Source: Leucoraja ocellata (taxonomy: Eukaryota). Taken from it: a DNA stretch of 64,000 nucleotides. A model generated the notes under the pieces. That model ran no database searches and was not told where the DNA came from. It saw only the letters and a program-made list of their open reading frames with translations. Within the stretch, counting starts at the first letter, position 1. Every line of letters begins with the position of its first letter. This document shows, piece by piece, positions 63,529 through 64,000 of this stretch. The translations under genes and the position numbers were made by a program. Location of the stretch: positions 310,001 through 374,000 of the forward strand of contig JAWMAR010001015.1 in NCBI GenBank assembly GCA_036785375.1, written 5' to 3'.

Positions 63529-64000
63529 ATAGTGGGACAGGCGGCATCTTTGAATAGAAGGAATGGGTGACGTTTCGGGCTTATCTTTGGTGTAAACCAG
63601 CATCTGCAGCTCTTATATCACCCTCTCTATTTCTCGTTTGCCTCACCCCTGACTCTCAGTCTGAAGAAGGGCCTTGACCCAAAACATCACCTACTCCAGC
63701 ATTTTGTGACTATCTTAAATGTAGAACAAGATGGGGGCAAATAGGCTGGAAGAGGGACCAGAATAAGACGCAATATATCAAATTCCCATCTACAGTGGAT
63801 CAGTTCTTCTCATTATGGTGGTGTTTAGTTTGTACACAGTCTGTATTGGAGAACTTTATGCTTATGCTTATTATTGTCATGTGTACTCAGATACAGTGAA
63901 AAGCTTTGTTTTCAGATACTTTTATTCTCTTTTATTGTCACCTGTACCAATTAAGGTACAGTGATATTCGAATTACCCATCCGCTGTACTAAAAAAGTAA

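Noticed and set aside
42240-64000. A second host gene upstream of VH
   Set aside because: Recognisable ORFs are CR1, Rex1 or Penelope fragments or low-complexity; small isolated exons cannot be excluded by eye.

Overview
Eukaryotic, repeat-rich genomic DNA, almost certainly from a cartilaginous fish and probably a skate (inferred from the Ig sequences and repeat families). The only host gene I can support is one immunoglobulin IgW (IgX/omega) heavy-chain minilocus on the minus strand. Its order is leader, VH, D1, D2, JH (all unrearranged, with 23 / 12-22 / 12-12 / 23 RSS), then CH1, a Cys-rich short-form secretory tail exon, CH3, CH4, CH5 and CH6 with a secretory tailpiece. Three things stand out. 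(1) The CH2 exon is absent, and a 3'-truncated CR1 marks what looks like a deletion scar; the remaining exons still splice in frame. (2) Two extra tandem CH3-CH4 exon pairs lie 12-15 kb downstream of the secretory exon, one disabled and one intact. (3) A G-rich, AGCT-containing 20-mer tandem array resembling a mammalian switch region sits in the J-CH1 intron. No transmembrane exon was found. The rest is mobile DNA: a DIRS1 element, a full-length L1 with a nested CR1, many CR1 and Rex1 fragments, PIF/Harbinger elements and MITEs, Penelope fragments with minimal hammerhead ribozyme motifs, HE1-type SINEs and a probable Helitron end. There is one 182-N assembly gap. All coordinates and counts were worked out by eye; repeat boundaries are approximate unless a TSD or TIR is quoted.
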